DNA of 64,000 nucleotides from assembly GCF_041146345.1 (NCBI RefSeq), contig NW_027191408.1:248001-312000 (forward strand). The letters are read 5' to 3'. This document shows, piece after piece, positions 26,014-38,130 of this stretch. Each line of letters opens with the position of its first letter. Position 1 is the first letter of the stretch. This stretch comes from Neodothiora populina (Eukaryota). The notes under the pieces are model-generated. The model saw nothing but the letters and a program-made list of their open reading frames with translations. It did not search any database and had not been told where the DNA came from. The position numbers and the translations under genes are program-made.

Positions 26014-27789
26014 ATGGCTGGCCCACTCGATACCGTGGGACAGATGATTAACCGAATATTCATGGTCTGGTACAACATCTACCAGACCCTCCTCGCTAAA
26101 CTGCTTTCACCTATACCTCCACCTCCAGGAAAGAAACTCCGCAGACCCAGAATTGCTATCATCGGTGCCGGTCTCACAGGTGTCGCTGCTGCTAGCCACT
26201 GTGTTGGACATGGATTCGATGTCATGATCTTTGAGGCTGGCGGGAAGAATGCCATTGGTGGCATCTGGGCTGTGAGATGACATGAAGTGAAACTATGCAA
26301 ATTGCCTTGCTGACCAGAAATTTAGAAAGTGAATTCAACATCTGGTCTCCAGATTCATTCCATCATGTATCGCTTCTTCCCCTCGGTCTCATGGAGTAAG
26401 GGCTATCCTACTCAAAAAGAGATTGTCGACGAGGTCAAGAAGATCTGGGAGACATATGGTTTGCAAGACAAGACAAAGTTCAATTACAAGGTCGACTCAG
26501 TTCGTAAAAATCACCATGGCAAATGGGTCATTAACGACGGAGGTCACGGAACCTTTGACGGTATTGTGGCTGCAGTTGGCTCTTGCGGTGACCCTAAGAT
26601 GCCTAAAATTCCTGGCCAAGAGAAGTTCAAGGGTGACATCTACCACTCGAGTAGATTGGATGGCAAGAACGTGAAAGACAAGACGGTCCTCATCATCGGT
26701 GGTGGTGCGAGCGCCGTTGAAGCCATGGAGTTTTGTGCCAAACAGGGGGCCAAGAAGGCCAAAATCTTGTCGAGGGTGCGTACCGACATATATGTTCAAC
26801 TAGATGCTTTGCTAACCATCATGAATAGTCAGAGAAGTGGATCATACCCCGAAACCCGGTCATCGACATGCTCCTGGCCTTCAACATCTTCGGACAGGAG
26901 ACATTTCTTTCATGGATACCTGAGAAACTCCTGCGAATGTTCTTCTATCGTGACTTGACAGACATCTCGCCACCCCCTGGTACCGGTGGACTGTTCGAAG
27001 AGACGCCGATGGTGAACACGGATATCTTGGACCAGATTCGCGAAGGGAGAGCAGAATGGCTTCGAGGAGATATCGTCGAAGTCGAGGACAACGGTATACA
27101 GTTCAATCACAGATCCCAAGGCGTACCGAAGAATGGACCTGGCCGCGAGAAGCTTGTGGAAGGCGAAGTGATCATCATGGCGACGGGCTACAAGCGGCCT
27201 AGTCTGAAATTCCTGCCCGAGGAGTGTTTCGAGGAGCCGTACCTCCCGCCAAACTGTGAGTCTTTTCGCTAATGTACTGGCTATGCAGGAGTCCTGACAT
27301 TGAGTGACCAGGGTACCTTCAAACCTTCCCTCCCCAGCACAGGAGCATCTGCGCCAACAACTGCACCTACGTCAACGCCATCGGCACGGTCGGAAACTTT
27401 CACATCGGTGTCTACACACGTATCTTGCTCATGTTCCTGATCGATCCTCTGACTCGACCATCGACGTACTGGATGGAGAAATGGATCGACATGACGAAGT
27501 GGGTCAAGAGGATGAGCCCGACGGAAGCATTTGATTTCTTCACGTACAGCGAGCTGATCTGGTGGTTTACCTTTGTAAGTGCTGTCCAGGCTTGGGTGTA
27601 ATTGTTGAGAAGAGGCTGATTTTAGTGTCAAACAAACAGTGTGTGGTCATCAACCCGTTCCGCTGGAAGTGGGCGCTCTTTGTGTTTATGGGAATCGGCA
27701 TCAACTTGCCAGAGTATGTTGTGGAAAAGGAGACCGAGATCAGGAACGGACTCGGGATGCCTGCCGATGAGAAGACGCACACGTACTGA
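26014..27789 (+). CDS. Flavin-containing monooxygenase-like protein
   Basis: GAGLTG, IGGIWA, FKGDIYHSS, GGGASA, MATGY motifs; four introns splice in frame; stop at 27787-27789. Confidence 0.9.
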
Positions 27790-27963
27790 GGCCTTTGGTG
27801 TCAGGGGAGTCTTGGTCAGCCAGGGATGAATGGACGAGGCTGTCAGGCGGCGGAAAAGAGGAATCTGACGAGACACGCTAGACGGACGGTGAATGATGGG
27901 AATAGCATGACATAGAACATCCATAACAATGCTTCAACGCCAAACCTCGTAAAATTCCGACCA

Positions 27964-28660
27964 TCACCTAGCATCATTCCACGCAGGCGGCTTCTCGTCC
28001 CTGGTGAATTTATGCTGATACTTCTCCTCATACCATGTAACCGGAAAGAAAACATAACTCATAAGCACACAGACCCAAGTAGCCACAAGCTGCCAAAGCG
28101 GCACGAGCATCCAAAACCACGGCAAAATGAACTTGACAAACTGATCCGTCTGATACAGATCATTCTGACTTGTAATCAGCCACTTGCCTCCGCCCAACCT
28201 CACCTCCTCCTCCTTACTCCTCGCGGGCAGCCGCTCAAGATGCAGCACCGTGACAAGCGAAACCTCGGACCTATGCGTCGGCACCGCCCAGATGGCAAAG
28301 ACCTGCGTCATGCCGACATACAGCACGCCATTGGCCTCGTCGAACGACACGGACGTCACACGCGCGCTGATGCGCGGCGACATGATCTTGTACCAGCGGT
28401 AGATGCGCGAGATCAGGTAGCGAGAGTTGGAGTAGGAGCCGGTGCGGCAGAAGGGGTGCGTGAACTGCGCATTTGGGGTGAAGTATTTCTCTATCGCGCT
28501 GGCTTGCTCCTGGGGCGGGGTGCTGACTAGCTGGGAGATGACCGAGGGGATCTCGCGGACTGGTTGGAGAGGAGTTGGTTGAAAGGTCATGTTTAGGGTG
28601 GGGGTCTTTTTTGGGAGGGGATGATCGGGTGAGATGTAGGTATTTACCTGGGTCTTCCAT
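27964..28660 (-). CDS. NTF2-like fold protein with C-terminal hydrophobic segment (fungal conserved hypothetical)
   Basis: Micro-exon MEDP (28660-28648), intron 28647-28560, then VREIPSVI...YFTPNAQFTHPFC...IYRWYKIMSPRI...ITSQNDLYQ. Confidence 0.8.
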
Positions 28661-29286
28661 CTTGATGGATCTCGGATGGGTGATCTGCTGGGGAGGTTTG
28701 GTATTGGTTGCTGTAGAATGCTGCAATGTGAGGACAATGGCTTTTCTTGTTCCAATTGGGACAAGTGATGCGATAAGAAGCTGAATGGGAATCTGATATA
28801 GTATGAAGTGTCTTACAACTGTAAGGTAGAATTGGTAAAGACAAGGTAAGGTGTGTAAAGTCATATGGTTGTTTCGTCGACTGCGTAGAAATGAGGAAGG
28901 TACGATCACATGTCAATCATTCTATCAATCCTACGTCATGGCTCTTTCAAACTTCTGGTATATCACGAGTCAGCGATAAGGGACGATGGAGAGTGGTTCG
29001 AGTCATGAGAGGTCAAACAAACGCCAAGCTTTCGATCCTTCCTCTCCGGCTTATCGATAGCCCGCGGCTGCCCAATCTGGAATTTCTGAATTCGGACCCT
29101 AAAATCCATTCCATCTTTTTATTTTTGGATCAATTCATTTCTATCTCAGCCATCCAAGGAGCGAGAAGGAGGCACCCTTTGGCCTACACGAAAACCTCGA
29201 CTGCTTCCATGATATAGAAAAGAAACAGAAAACTGGATCACTCAATCCCGTTCAGATTCAAGGCCGGAGGCAGCAGCGGCGCCAAC

Positions 29287-31888
29287 ATGGTTTCCAACGA
29301 GCAGCACCACCACCGGAGCACCACCAAGTCTTCGCACAAGCCCTTCAAGTCCAAGCATCTGTCCAAGGGAGCGTTGAAGGAGAAAAGCAAGGGTACGTTG
29401 TGTTCTGTCGCTTCCACCTGCATACCATACCTGCACGAGTCTGACTAGACCTTTCTTCGCTCCAGGCAAAGTCGAGTCACTGTCATTCGAAAAAGGAGCG
29501 AGAAAGACGCCGCACCAGCAGGTCATGTCCAAGTTCGACCGTCGCAACAAGGCAAAGCAGCTCCGAATCACCAAAGGCGCCGAACACGACAAGGCCACCA
29601 GCGTCTTTGCCGGCAAGGATGGCGCTCCCAGGATCATCGCAGTCATTCCTCTCTGTGAAGATATTTCGAGCACCGAAGCTGTCAAGAGCCTGATGCAGAG
29701 TGTCGACGTCGAGGACGAGATCCCGCAGTCTGGAACATACCGATTGGACATCGCCAGATTCAAGCAGAAGCTGCAGTTCATCACGCTCGCACGAAGGAAC
29801 GTCATGGACGCCATGGATGCCTGTCGTCTGGCCGACTTTGTTCTGTTTGTTATGAGCGCAAACGAAGAGGTGGATGCCTTGGGAGACAGCATGCTGCGCA
29901 CCATCGAGAGCCAGGGTGTTTCCAACGTCATGACCGTCGCCCAAGGAATCGACAAGATCGAGCCCGCCAAGAGACGACCGCAAGTCCTGGCCAGTCTGAA
30001 GAGCTTCATCACCCATTTCTTCAACTCCCAGGAGCGTGTGCATTCTCTTGACTCCCGCCAGGACTCGTCCAACGTTGTCCGCTCACTCTGCACAACCACA
30101 CCCAAGGGCATCAGATGGAGAGAGGACAGGAGCTGGATGTTGCTGGACCACTTGCATCTTCCCGAGTCTGCAGAGGACAGTCTTGTTGTCACAGGTGTCG
30201 TAAGAGGAAGAGGACTCAAGGCCGACAGACTGGTTCAGGTGGGTGACTGGGGTGACTTCCAGATCGAGACGATTGTTGCCGCCCCGCTGGAGAGCAAGAA
30301 GAGAGGACCAAAGGACGCAATGGCTGTCGACGACGCCGCACCAGCCCTGGAAGTGCTCGAAGAACCCTCGGCCGACCAGGACGACCTGGAGGAGCTCGCG
30401 CCCGAAGAGATTGCCATGGACGACGCAGAAGACGATTATCCCGTCTCTCTAGCACCCACGGAGCAAAAGGGAGTCCTCCTGGATGACCATCACTACTTCT
30501 CCGACGAGTCTGATGTCGAAGAAGACCTGCCTAAGCGCATGCCCCGTGGAACCTCCAAGTACCAGTCCGCCTGGTACGCTGGAATCGGCGAACTCTCCGA
30601 CTCTGGATCCGATCTCGAGTCGGTCAACGGCGACGATGACGGTGACCTCAACATGGATGGACCTGCGCCTATTCCTGCTGACGGTGTCGAGGGAATGGCC
30701 GGACGCGAAGCTACCGAGTACGCTCCCTCTGAGTACCCACAAAGCGAGATGTTCCTCGATCCCTCGCCCGAGGATGAGGCCGAGCAACTCGCTGCTTACC
30801 GTGCTGAACGAAAAGAAGCCGAGGAAGATCTTGAGTTTCCCGACGAGATCGAACTCCACCCCAACGTCGCCGCGCGCGAGCGTCTGGCCAAATACAGAGG
30901 CCTCAAGAGTCTACGAACATCGCATTGGGAGACATCGGAAGACAAGCCGTACGAGCCGGAAGAGCAGTCGCGCCTGCTCGAGATTGGCAACTACAAAGCC
31001 GCCAAGCACAAGATGGTCAACGAGGCTCTCGTTGGTGGCGTCAAGCCCGGCACTCGAGTTGCAGTCTATCTGCGCGTCCCGGAGACTACTTCTGTACAGT
31101 CATTACGACTGCTACCCGCCCCTACCGGTGTCTTTTCGTTGTTGAGACACGAGCACAAGCGCACGACTTGCAACCACACAATCACGCTCAACAGCGACTA
31201 CCCCGAGCCCCTAAAGAGCAAGGATACGCTTATCATGCAATGCGGACCGCGTCGCATGCTCATCAACCCTCTTTTCTCCCAAGCAGGCAACACGCCGAAC
31301 AACGTCCACAAGTTTGAGCGTTACCTGCACCCGGGTCGCACCGCGGTGGCTACATTCACCGGACCTCTGATCTGGGGCAGCGTGCCGTGCCTATACTTCA
31401 AGCAGACGTCTACCATCCCTGAGCGCGAGATTGACTCGGACGACGAAGACAAGATGGCGGCTCTCGAGAGACCGGGTGAGAAGCCCGAGTACACGCTCAT
31501 CGCCACGGGCACCTCGGTCGCACCGGCCAGCAACCGAGTCATCGCCAAACGCGCCATCCTGACCGGTCATCCTTATAAGATCCACAAGCGTGTCGTCACC
31601 GTGCGCTACATGTTCTTCAACAACGAGGACGTGGCGTGGTTCAAGGCTCTGCAGCTGTGGACCAAGCGCGGCAGAAGCGGTTTCATCAAGGAGTCGCTCG
31701 GCACGCACGGTTACTTCAAGGCGCAGTTCGATGGCAAGATGAACCCCATGGATGCCATCGGTGTCAGTCTGTACAAGAGAGTGTGGCCCAGATGGGCGAG
31801 ACACTGGGTGCCTGGTCAAGAGGGCGGGGCTGCCGATCAGCAGGTCGAGGACGCAGAGGCGCCGCAGCTGGTGGAAATGGCAGAGTAA
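29287..31888 (+). CDS. TSR1: Ribosome biogenesis protein Tsr1 (Bms1-like, 40S maturation)
   Basis: HHHRSTTK.SHKPFKSKH N-terminus, intron 29393-29465, FPDEIELHP, ARERLAKYRGLKSLRTS, RYMFFN.EDV.WFK, IKESLGTHGYFK. Confidence 0.95.
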
Positions 31889-32401
31889 GGCATGGAGACA
31901 CAACAACGACCCGAGCAGAATCTTCCGAGACAGAAGCAAGACAAGGATGGGAAAGGATTCTTCTTCGTTTCTAGAGGTCCCATGGATGACCAAGACATAA
32001 AAGTGCACATGAAACGCGAGAATATAACGATACCTTGATCAACACAGTCTTCTTCTTTCTTTTCGTATGCCTTCGTACCGGGAAGCAACACTAAGTGTTT
32101 CTTCAATGAATTAGTCAGTCAATCAGTTCAAACCAATGCTTCAAACAGCCCACGCCAAGCCGCATTTCCACTTTCTGTTCCCAATCTAGACAAGACGCGA
32201 CTGACCAGAAACCAACGCGTCTTCCCCAGATGATCCCATTTATTCTACAGTAATTACCTACTCTCTACATGAATAATCACTTTACGACACACTCGACCCC
32301 TTCTTATCCTGATATCTCCAGACTACCAGCTCGGACCAGCAGCAACGGAGAAGCCCAGCAGCAAGCTCGCCTCGGGAAGAAAACCACTAGAAACAGAAGC
32401 A

Positions 32402-32989
32402 ATGGGCTGCATAACCCTGCACCCGCGACCTCTGCTGCAGCAGAACCCTCTGCATCCGCACTCGATACCGACGTCGTCATCAGTATCAACCTCGAGCGAC
32501 GACCATGCCGACGACGGAAAGACTGCAGCAGCGACAACAGCAACAACAACAAACCCCCTCCCGACCCTTCTACACACGCCCTCGGGGCTAGCGATCCTCG
32601 AAGTCCAAGGAACATTCAACCTGCCCTCACCCCCCTCTTCCTCATCCTCCCCCTCACTCTCCTCCTCAGACCCCATAAAGCAAGCAACAAAAGCAACAGA
32701 AGTCGGCCGCCTGGTATTTCCGCTATACGACTACTGCAATCCGACAAACAACGACGACGGCAAATGGATGAAACGCGTATACCTGTACATCGGCAAGCAT
32801 CAGCGCATGACGGGGGAAGTGAAGAAGTTGGGGAAGCCGCTGGCTGTGATTCGGAAGAGAGAAGGCACTCAGAACAAGGTCACTCAGAACACGGGAGAGG
32901 AGGAGGGGACAGAGGAATTGGAAATCGTCGAGATTGTCAGGTGCAAGATTCTGTTCGCCAATAGGCCCGAGCCGGTCGGTGAGGAGTGA
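32402..32989 (+). CDS. CTF8: Chromosome transmission fidelity protein 8 (Ctf18-RFC subunit)
   Basis: LPTLLHTPSGLAILEVQGT, VGRLVF, LYIGKHQRMTGEVKKL.KPLAVI, EIVRCKILFANRPEP. Confidence 0.88.
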   Translation: MGCITLHPRPLLQQNPLHPHSIPTSSSVSTSSDDHADDGKTAAATTATTTNPLPTLLHTPSGLAILEVQGTFNLPSPPSSSSSPSLSSSDPIKQATKATEVGRLVFPLYDYCNPTNNDDGKWMKRVYLYIGKHQRMTGEVKKLGKPLAVIRKREGTQNKVTQNTGEEEGTEELEIVEIVRCKILFANRPEPVGEE

Positions 32990-33798
32990 GCTTTTGTCTT
33001 GTCTCACGTGCGTCACGCAACACACATGCGTATACTGCGCCACTAGCTGGACCCGAGGGCGGGAGCCAGAGACGGGGCCAACTTGCCCAGCTCCGACTAG
33101 AAGCAGTCTGCTCGAGGCATCGCAAGAGTGGCATCACGCCGTCTCGGTTCAGAGCACACACAGGCAGAGAAGACACTGAGACTGTCGCCTGAGAGCTCAG
33201 CAGCATAGACGCTCGGCATAGACGCTCAAAGAAAGCAGCTAGGGGAAGCGCCGAAGACGCCTCTACGGTCTTTGCTTTCTTCTTTCAGCTCCTTCCTGGA
33301 TCGCTTGTCTTGATGCTGGTTCTCTTTACTGCGGACTCGAATCTACCTTCGAAAGGGTCACAGCAGCGGCAGAGGCAGGGACTTCCCTCATTGATCGATC
33401 GGGGAGGAGCCTGGCTATTGTCGTCAGCTATAACGAAAGGCAGACATTCACCTTCAAATGACTACAGAGAGTCACGTGAGACATCTACGACGCTGGTGTG
33501 CAAGGAAGAGAATGAAGGAAAGAAAGGCACCACGCAGTGGCGCCGTCCGCGCAGGACATCTTTTATGGCTTGGGACATGTTTTCTCTCTTGACACATGTT
33601 CGAAGGTCTATTATGCACGAATAGAGAGGCCGAGTTGTTCATCGTCATCTTAACTGCTTCTTGTTTCCGGATCAGGGAAGGTCCCGATTAGTGGTCATTT
33701 GTGGCTGTTAAAATTGTACATGTCTCTCTTCTGTCGTCGCTGCACGACTGTGGTTTGCGCTTATATCGCTCGCGCTTCTTTTTGGCTCTGGTCTTGCG

Positions 33799-33799
33799 C

Positions 33800-33853
<54 letters not shown>
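33799..33853. repeat. (CT)n microsatellite
   Basis: About 27 CT units with one CG interruption. Confidence 0.95.
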
Positions 33854-33857
<4 letters not shown>

Positions 33858-34396
33858 AGCTGTGTTGCTCTTTACATGCCCTCCTCCATCGTCACATTCT
33901 TCCACCACGGCGTTCCCGGCCGGTTTCTACCAAAGGGATATCCCCCGCTACTACTACTCCCACTCCTGCTGCTGCTGCCGCTACTTCTGTTTCCTTGCGG
34001 TTGCTGCTGACCTTCCTGTTGCTGCTGCTGCTGCATGTTCAGCTCCCTCTGCTCCGCATTCATCATCGACTCCTCCACATCGCCGACCTGTCTCCGCTCG
34101 CTGACTTCACGGTGATGATACGACGGCGACGACGACGACGACGACAGCGAAGACGAAATGGGTTTGAGGCGTTTGTTGGCGCGCGACGCCATGCTCAGGC
34201 TGATGGATCTGCTCGACGTCGATGTCAATCCTTGAGACGAGTGTCTTTTGTTTTTGTCTGAGTTATCGTTGTTGTTGTGGTGGTGGCTCATGCCGGGGCG
34301 GACTTGGTATTGTGGAATCGCTGTTGTGGATTCGCCGCTTCCTGCTAGTGATGAGCCCCGTTGCTGGAACCACTCGTCTCTCATGACTGGTCGTTG

Positions 34397-35905
34397 TCAC
34401 TGGAGGGGCTCGGAGGATGACGATAGACGGTTCAGGTGCAGGTAGACGTCGGTGCCGTAGCTGTTTTGTTGCTGGTTAGCTTCGAGGGGCTTTTTGGTGA
34501 GAGAGAAGGCAAAAGGCTTACCCTTCCATACTGATCAGCTTCAGATCCCCGCCAAAGTATCGCGCGTAAAGTCGGCTGATGGGCAGTCCATATCCGAATC
34601 CCGCCATGGGCGCTTTGAAGTCGCTTTTATTAAAGTCTGGATCCAATGTCGGCGTCTGGTCCACCGTGGTATACATGTACGTCCAGACCAGAGGAATGGA
34701 AGACCGGGGGATACCGCCACCTTCGTCCGAAATCTTGATCGTGATGTCCTCCTTGCCCTCGGCAACGACAACTTTGGTCACGGGAAACTCCTCCTTGTCC
34801 TGTCCGTGGGTTTCCACAACGGCGCGGAGAGAGTTCTTGAGAGTCTCGAACAGCATGTGCGACAAATGGCCCGGCACGTACATGAAGTGCAAGTCGGGAT
34901 TGCACACGAGCTGGACCTTGGGCGCGTCGAAGAGACCGTAGTGATCCTCACAGACGAAGCGCGCGTTCTCAATGGCTTCCTGAGCCAGATCGCGCACGTT
35001 CGTCTTGGTGCAGATGATTCCGACATAGTTCGGGTCCGAGTGGGTGCGCTGGTCGGTCAGAGCTATGTGCTGGCCGATCAGCATTCGTATGCCAATACGA
35101 GACATGTAGAAGCGATCGAGAAAAGCCTGGATGTTGTGGTCGATCTGCATGCGTTGCCGCTTGCGCTTGTACTCGAGGATGCCCTGGGCGATGGTGGTGA
35201 CGACGCTGTCGTGGCGCCGCTTGATCACGTCCAGAGTGCTGGCGAAGCGCGTGTTGTAGTCGTTGAGCTCTGGCGGCCACTCGCCGTTGTCGTCGGCCCC
35301 GCTGAAGTATCTCCTGGTGGCCGTCACTTTCTTGTTGTCGCCATTCTCGCTTCCGTTGCCGGTGCTCAATTGCGATCGGTACTGGCCTCGCGGCACGCTG
35401 GGGTTCTGCGTCGTCTCGCTCAAGACGCGCGAGTTTCTCCCGGCTTGTTTCGCGGGTTTCAATAGACGTTCCCGTATCTCGGCGCTCAGACTGGGTTTCT
35501 GGAGTGTTGTGATTTCCTACATGTGACGCCGTTTGTCTGAGCCTTATAGACCAAATTTGAGAGCATGTCATCATCGCTCACCTCGAATGACTGGGCGTAC
35601 CAATCCTGCACCCTCTTGATCGAGGGCATATCGTTCAGCCCATCAGGCAAGTCACTGAGCTCCTGCACACGGTGCGCCAACCGTATAGGTAGCTCCTCTG
35701 ACAAGAATTGCGAAGCTCTGAACAATGTTCCTGCATAACGTCATGATACTGTTTTTGTAGCAGTCAGGAAAGGCGGGCAATTGAACATACCAACAGAGGG
35801 CCTCTCTCCAAACTGCACCATCTGCCTCAGGCTCACGCCCGTGGCAGGGAATTTGGAGTAATGTCGGATCGTGTCCATGAGCTCGGCCGACTTCTTCCAC
35901 GACAT
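34397..35905 (-). CDS. Mitochondrial pyruvate dehydrogenase kinase (PDK/BCKDK family)
   Basis: FPATGVSLRQMVQFG, ELPIRLAHRV, FLDRFYMSRIGIRMLIGQH, ETLKNSLRA, ISDEGGGI, MAGFGYGLPISRLYARYFGG. Introns near 35789-35732, 35581-35517 and 34521-34461; ends LSSSSEPLQ*. Confidence 0.95.
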
Positions 35906-36118
35906 GATTGGCAGCAGTTGAAGGCCTCGCGGCCAGACTCAGCGTGGGGGTTTTACTGTATTATCTCAGACTAATATAGCAAAAGAGAGCAGAGGTATAT
36001 AGAGAATACAAGACAGAGGAACAAGCATGGAAAAGAGGAATAGAAGAAAGAAGAAAGAAAAATAGAGAGACAGAGCACACGAGTATCCTAAAAACCAAAT
36101 GTGAGTCAAATGTCATAT

Positions 36119-36232
36119 GAGAGAGAGAGAGAGAGAGGTCGTAAATCTACCCTACCCTTACTTTAGCCTTGCCCTCGAGTTTCGCCCCGGGCCTGCGGAG
36201 AAGCAGCAATAGACTGACTGACTGACTGACTG
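36119..36232. repeat. (GA)n and (GACT)5 microsatellites upstream of PDK
   Basis: GA run at 36119-36136; GACT x5 at 36212-36231. Confidence 0.85.
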
Positions 36233-37289
36233 TGCTCCAAGGTCCCCCAAGAATAATGCTGCTGCGGCTTGCTTCGATCTACACACGTTACCGTAGCCGA
36301 CTTACTAGGTAAGGTAAGGTACATACACTACTCGATCTTTCTCTGTGCATTTCCCCGTCACATGCACCACATCATCTACTTGCCTCACCCTACCCTACCC
36401 TATCCTACCTAGGCCCTTTGCACCTTGTGGCCCTTTCACACTCGACCCCCACACTTCGCAATCTCGCACCGAGGCCTGAACATCGGGCCAAAGCGCCCGC
36501 TTCGGCAATGTGATTGTCTCTCTGTAGGTTTTTGATCTGTACGAAGACAGTTCGGTACATGCGACAGTGACTATGTGAAAGAGAGCCCCCCTCCCGATTC
36601 GGTCCATTCGGCCCATATTTGCTGTTGTAATACCGCATACTTTTGGTATATATTGTGTGTCCACCTCTGTCGCAGGTCCAGGTCCAATCGTCGACATACT
36701 CCGCATGCATGCGCGCTGATAACGCTACAAAGTACAAGTAATTAACCTGCCTACATGGTCTCGCAAAAACCTACAGTGTTGCGCTACTCCGCTCTGTTCT
36801 CTTCAATTCAACCGTACCACAATGATCGTCAGAATCGTCGCGTCGTTTGTTGCCTATTGGAGTGGGTGGGTGGGTGGGTGGGTCGGTGGTGGAGGGAGTG
36901 CTAGCTCACAGACAGACCTACGGTAGGTCGAAGAGCAGCAGGCAGTCCTTGCCCCCTCATGTCGCGCGCACGCGGAAGGAGTGGATCGTCTTGAACTCAG
37001 TAGTACAAAGTGTCGTCGTCGTACAACCACACACAGCGTTGTGTCTAAACATACATCATCGTCTATAATCATACAAGGACGCGCCTGCCCTTCCACTGGC
37101 GCTATCCTGGAGAGCGGAAAAATTATGGTACACATTGAAAGTCTTTTTTTCTTTTGATGCCCACCGAAACGCCGCGCCAACTGCAAATGCATCCGGAATG
37201 AAGACCTGATCATGCAATGCCCATCCCAATAATCCCAAATCATGTGCGTCGCGCTGTACAGAGCTATCGTATCAGGGCGGGTGAGTGAT

Positions 37290-38130
37290 CTAAGCATTCT
37301 TGACAACGCCGACCTTGGCGGGCTGTAGGAAGTCAATTAGCACGCGGACAGAAAAGATGAAAGACAAAAAGCTTACCCTGATCACACGGCCGTTGAGCAG
37401 GAATCCCTTGCTCTGAGTGTAGAAGACGGTGCCGTCCTCCTTGTCGGGTTGAGGGGTCTGGAAGGTGGCCTCGTGTCTGTTGGGGTCGAACTTCTCGTTG
37501 GTCTCGGCGGGATCGAGCTTCTCGACGCCAAACTTCTTGAGCGTGTTCATCAGGATGGTCTCGGTCATTCTCAGGCCATCGTAGAGAGTCTTCAACTCCT
37601 GGTTGGAGCTCAGCTTGTCCTGGGGCACGGCGCCGAGAGCGCGGTCGAAGTTGTCGACACTGTCGAGCAGCTCTTTGGCGAATCTCTGGAGGGCAAAGTC
37701 CTTTGCGGCCTGCACTTCTCTCTTGGTCTGCTCTTGAAGGTTGCGGTACTCGGCCACCTGGCGCTTCCACTTGTCCTGTAGGTTGCCTGTCAGTCTGGTT
37801 GCGAATTCCCTTCCCAAGGCGCGCCACATGGAACAGAGACATGACTCTGCATCATGGGCGTCCTAGAGTCGAACATACTGTTGCCTCCTTGGCCTCTGCC
37901 TTGGCCGCCTCAATCTCCTTCGCGGGATCCTCCTCTTCCTTTGCCTTTGCCTCGGGCTTCTCGTCCTTGGTCTCTGCCGCCGAGTCTGAGTAAGGCCTCA
38001 AGCCTGAGAGGACGCGACCATTGCCGGGGTATGCTGCTCTGAATGAGGCGCGAGTTGCTTGTGGCAATCTGCTCTCGAACGATTGAGCGGCGAATGTGCG
38101 GGCCGAGCGGGCGAGGTACTTTTGAAGCAT
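37290..38130 (-). CDS. MGE1: Mitochondrial GrpE co-chaperone
   Basis: Arg/Ser-rich presequence MLQKYLARSAR; AEYRNLQEQTKREV, FAKELLDSVDN, FDPNRHEA, GFLLNGRVIR|PAKVGV; introns 37878-37776 and 37376-37323. Confidence 0.95.

Noticed and set aside
22373..27789. Hydrolase, FMO and nearby oxidoreductase as a secondary-metabolite cluster
   Set aside because: No backbone enzyme, transporter or pathway transcription factor; interleaved with housekeeping genes.
29242..30219. 325-aa antisense ORF over TSR1 (and similar ones at 29483 and 31391)
   Set aside because: Shadow ORFs produced by the codon bias of a conserved sense gene; no motifs.
34494..35465. 323-aa plus-strand ORF antisense to PDK
   Set aside because: Mirror frame of GC3-rich coding sequence.
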